Shown piece by piece: positions 38,389 to 41,795 of a DNA stretch of 41,795 nucleotides. A model generated the notes under the pieces. That model was not told the DNA's origin, did not search any database, and worked only from the letters and a program-made list of their open reading frames with translations. The first letter of the stretch is position 1. Every line of letters starts with the position of its first letter. A program made the translations under genes and the position numbers. The DNA is taken from positions 1 to 41,795 of the forward strand of contig JAJRTR010000201.1 of NCBI GenBank assembly GCA_024278215.1, in the 5' to 3' direction. The DNA is from a bacterium (GTDB lineage Bacteria; UBP15; UBA6099; JAJRTR01).

Positions 38389-38592
38389 GGACCTTATCGT
38401 TGTTCCGGTGTCCTTTTGCGGACACCGGACTGAATTGCCTCCGAGAGACTTTTCACACCGCAACTTACCGGTGCTGTACCATACGGCTACACTATCTTAA
38501 CTCATTATCATTCTAAAGAGCAATGCAATTTTATATAAAACGTACATATATTTCAATAATTTTTTTCTAAAACACTTTTCTTTCAGGTGATA

Positions 38593-38621
38593 TTGAAAAG
38601 ATTTCACACCTCTGCTACAAT
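38593..38621 (+). promoter_or_regulatory. rplU-rpmA promoter
   Basis: TTGAAA, 17-bp spacer, TACAAT with extended TG. Confidence 0.7.
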
Positions 38622-38680
38622 TCGTGGTCTTGAAAAAAAGTAAAGGCGCTATTAGAATTACAGCGGTGAGGTGAGACAGC

Positions 38681-39070
38681 ATGTCTGCAATTGTCCGGCT
38701 GGGAACAACCCAGGCAAAGGTAAGTGAAGGTGATCGCATAAAAGTGGAAAAGATCGACGCCCCCGCGGGCGAAACGATTGAAATCAAGGAAGTCCTCGCG
38801 CTGATCACGGGTGAAGAAACAGAATTCGGCGCTCCGACTGTCGAGGGCGCGACTGTCGAGGCGAAAGTCATCCGGCACGGTCGAGGGAAAAAGATCACGG
38901 TCTTCAAGATGAAGCGGCGAAAACGCTATCGCCTTAAACGCGGACACCGACAGGACTTCACCGAGATCGAAATAGACAGGATCATCAGACCCGGAGCGGG
39001 CGAGCCAAGGGCCGAAGAACCCAGGGCGGAAACACAGGAAGAGCGTAAGGAGGCCTCGAATGGCGCATAA
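38681..39070 (+). CDS. rplU: 50S ribosomal protein L21
   Basis: '[40 protein letters not shown]'. Confidence 0.97.
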   Translation: MSAIVRLGTTQAKVSEGDRIKVEKIDAPAGETIEIKEVLALITGEETEFGAPTVEGATVEAKVIRHGRGKKITVFKMKRRKRYRLKRGHRQDFTEIEIDRIIRPGAGEPRAEEPRAETQEERKEASNGA

Positions 39071-39308
39071 AAAAGGACAGGGCAGCACCGGCAACGGGCG
39101 CGACAGCAACCCCAAGTATCGCGGCGTCAAGAAATACGGCGGACAGGTCGTAATACCCGGCAACATCATCGTGCGCCAGTGCGGCACAAAGATATATCCG
39201 GGCGTCAATGTCGGCATGGGCAGGGACTACACTCTTTTCGCCACAGCCGAGGGCACCGTTCAGTACGAGCGTCGCGGACGATCCCGCAAATACGTCAACG
39301 TAGTCTGA
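39060..39308 (+). CDS. rpmA: 50S ribosomal protein L27
   Basis: [34 protein letters not shown]. Confidence 0.99.
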   Translation: MAHKKGQGSTGNGRDSNPKYRGVKKYGGQVVIPGNIIVRQCGTKIYPGVNVGMGRDYTLFATAEGTVQYERRGRSRKYVNVV

Positions 39309-39645
39309 AGCCGGACACAGGACGTTCAGCCCCGACAATATCCGTTTTCGCACAAGTTAATGTTTCAACAGAAGTGTGTTTGTGCTGTGCAATGCGCAAA
39401 AACTGACTTTTTTGCACTCCAGTGTTTTCCCGATATATCATTTTTCATTTGATTCGCGTGTAATTAGTCATTTCAATACAGCCGTTGTTGTTAAAGTCAG
39501 CGGAAATGCACAAAAACGCTATTTGAGAATTCGCTATTGTCGCTTATTGTCTGTTGACAAATGTCATCCGTTACTTTTTACACACTAATCATCATTTTAG
39601 TCTGGATTAATTGTATTATTTGTCCAATTTAAATGTAAGTACAAT

Positions 39646-40640
39646 TCAGGCGGCCTTTCCGTAGAGTTTTTCGTGCTGATGTCGGATATGAAACTGCATG
39701 AAGCCGTCCCAATCGAAGTTTTGTTTTATGGCGCGAAGATCGAGGATTGCCTGTGCGCCTTTTTTCGTCCATCTTTTTCCTGAGCCGTCCATTCTCTCTT
39801 TCACCAGTGAGCCACATGCGCCTTCTATGAGTCCTGTGCCGATGGGGAATCCGGCGGCAAGATATTTGTCGTATTGCATCATGTGACGGTGGTTGTCGAA
39901 GTATATTATGACCTTGTTGAGGCTTCTCTTCTGTGATGCTTTCAGCCTGTATCCTGTCTTGGTTAAGATCTGGCGAAGTCCTCCGGTGATGCGCCCGGCA
40001 CCTCCTTCGAGCAAGGCGAGTGTTTGTTTGTAAACCCAGCGTTCGCGCCCGGCGTTTTTTTCTCCATGCAGCGCGGTCGCGGCCTCCCAGAGATATTCCA
40101 TGACGTGAAATATGTCAAGGCAGATTCCGGCTATTCTGTTCTTCCAGCCTCGTTTCTTGAATTCTGCCATGAGTCTGCGTTCGGGGGCTTGCTCGCCGTC
40201 GACGATGATATAGATGTTTTTTGGTTCTTGCGGGTTGCGTTGTTTTATGCGTTCAGCGAGGCCGGCGAATGCTGTTTCTTTTCCGTACATTGTCGCTGAA
40301 TACTGCTTGTTCAGGGGCGCTCTGGGGGGAGGCAGTCCGTGTTTTTTTCTTCTTTCTTTCTCTTCCTTTTCTTTTTGTCTGTTTTCCAGCATTTGTTTTC
40401 TCATCAGTATGTTTGCCATGTCAGGTGCTGTTCGCGCCTCGGGGTTGAATGTATAATCGCAGGTGACGACGGCGTCTTTTCACAGGCCTGTTTTCATTCC
40501 ATTGCCCAAACGGGCCGCAGGTTTGTCCGGGCTCTTTTTCGCTTTTTCCGGCTTCTGCGACGCCACCATCCTCACACCCTTGCAGTCTGCTGTGGCGCAT
40601 ATCACTTCTCCTTCGGCTTCTCTCGCCGGCGCAGACGCAA
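39646..40640 (-). pseudogene. ISKra4/ISLre2-like (UPF0236) transposase, 5'-truncated, with an in-frame TGA at 40480-40482
   Basis: ATADCKGVRM...KTGL*KDAVVTCDYTFNPEART continues in frame into ORF 39646..40419 (VDGE, LDIFHVMEYLW, GFPIGTGLIEGAC..LVKERMDGSGKRW). Confidence 0.85.
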
Positions 40641-40774
40641 ACGAACCAAAGAACACAAACGCAAGCCTCGCGAGTAACGTACATGCGCACATACGCGGTC
40701 GCGCGTGCGTGCCGCACGCGAATAGCCACCGCCTTTACATACTTTATTCTACGACATTACCCGTCCCAACAGGA

Positions 40775-40823
40775 GGGCAATTTTCAACGCCGTTTGGGGG
40801 TCAAAATTCGCCGCCGCTTGACA
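40775..40823 (+). mobile_element. IS21-family terminal end (probably the right end)
   Basis: GGGCAATTTTCAACGCCGTTT-GG-GGGTCAAAATTCGCCGCCGCTTGACA: two tandem transposase-binding-like repeats ending in CA. Confidence 0.75.
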
Positions 40824-40937
40824 ATCATACTACACTTTTTCGACTATAAAATTTCTTTTCTTCTGAAATTGTCCCGACAGACATGGCAACATCTTTCCTT
40901 TGACACGCAATAATGTGAGTGTATAGAAATGGCAATG

Positions 40938-41672
40938 CTACCATTCATCATCTTTTTCATAACCGTTTCTAATCAGCCAATCTTTAATTAAAGGCTTTAT
41001 GATTTTTTTGTCTTCTTCGCTCAACTCTGTTTTCCATTTGTTCACTGTGCTTTTAACGGTCAGTGAAGTTCCATGACTTTTGAATACATTCTTCCCCTGT
41101 TTTTGCAAATAGTCCAGTGCGTTGTCAACTTCTCCGTTTTCAGTTGATAATCCGGACATCCCGTATAAATTTGTGATAGCTTTCCGGGGTGAGGAAACGA
41201 ATTCTTCATACCTGAAGATATTATCTGTAGTTGTTTTTAAGAATTCATCATGCACGACTTCAGGAAAACTTACCACTGGATCAACGCCTGCCAAATTCAA
41301 GACACCGTCCTTTTTATTGAGTCGGAACTTATTATGTCTGGATATCATGGCATCGCGGGGGTCTCTTATTGTTCGTATGAAGACCGCATTGGGAAATAAA
41401 GCATGGACATCGTCATAATGTTGCCAGCCTATCTTTTCGCAAATTCTCAGTGGTTCTGAATCGGTTTTATTTTCCAGGAAGATATTTACCAGTCGAAGTT
41501 TGAATTTATCCTTGATCGCAGCGGCATAGTACCTGAAAAACATATTTTGTGTTTCAGCAAGAATAGTCTCCGACAAGAGCATAGAATAGCGTGGATGTCC
41601 TATATACGTTAAGCTATCTTCTTTTGCATCATTTGAATATTTTCTCGGATTCTTATAACTGGACAGTACCAA
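40938..41672 (-). pseudogene. Sulfotransferase-family protein lacking its N-terminus
   Basis: 'ICEK', 'LFPNAVFIRTIRDPRDAMIS' (3'-PB motif), 'RYEEFVSSP', 'VNKWKTELS'. The 5'-PSB (RSGT) loop is absent, there is a TAA at 41688-41690, and the region is AT-rich. Confidence 0.75.
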
Positions 41673-41687
41673 GTTCTGGATAATACT

Positions 41688-41795
41688 TTACCCCTTTTTT
41701 ACTGATTTGCGAAGCTTGGCGAGTTCGACGGATAGGTCGATCCATTCGCCGGTAAGTTTTTTGAATTGCTTATAATTTGCTATTTGTTTTTTCAC
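41688..41795 (-). CDS. 3' end of a DUF6788-like IS-associated small protein (partial, runs off the window)
   Basis: Manual translation VKKQIANYKQFKKLTGEWIDLSVELAKLRKSVKKG*, resembling the small ORFs that precede some transposases. Confidence 0.5.
   Translation of the reverse strand: MKKQIANYKQFKKLTGEWIDLSVELAKLRKSVKKG

Noticed and set aside
39564-39580. Possible right end of the ISKra4-like element (CATCCGTTACTTTTT)
   Set aside because: There is no partner end in the window to confirm it.
18459-40482. Stop-codon recoding or selenocysteine suggested by two in-frame stops
   Set aside because: The stops differ (TAA and TGA), one lies in a truncated transposase, and TAA, TGA and TAG all terminate intact housekeeping genes in this window.

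Overview
Bacterial chromosome window of moderate GC; the lineage cannot be assigned from sequence alone (it combines a PyrR-attenuated pyr operon with an SLH-anchored outer-membrane protein, so it is probably diderm). Left end (1-2860): a decayed accessory island with an IS21 istA fragment abutting a tyrosine-recombinase tail, two intact toxin-antitoxin operons (AbrB-Doc, RHH-RelE) and phage-like gene fragments. Core: asd, hflX, two GT-C-like membrane proteins, pyrR-pyrB-pyrC-carA-carB, a nonsense-split neuB-family gene, a PseH-like GNAT, GTP-dependent PEPCK, two secreted proteins, ackA, a CocE/NonD hydrolase, an MshEN-like-repeat CheX plus CheY, and rplU-rpmA. The best candidate for an undescribed system is a co-oriented trio at 32302-38388: an OmpM-like SLH/beta-barrel protein followed by two paralogous beta-propeller lipoproteins that share a 12-cysteine insert. 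A 178-bp MITE occurs twice, and one copy supplies the asd stop codon. Right end: IS debris (ISKra4-like pseudogene, IS21 end, DUF6788-like tail) around a truncated sulfotransferase. All calls rest on manual motif recognition; no database searches were run.
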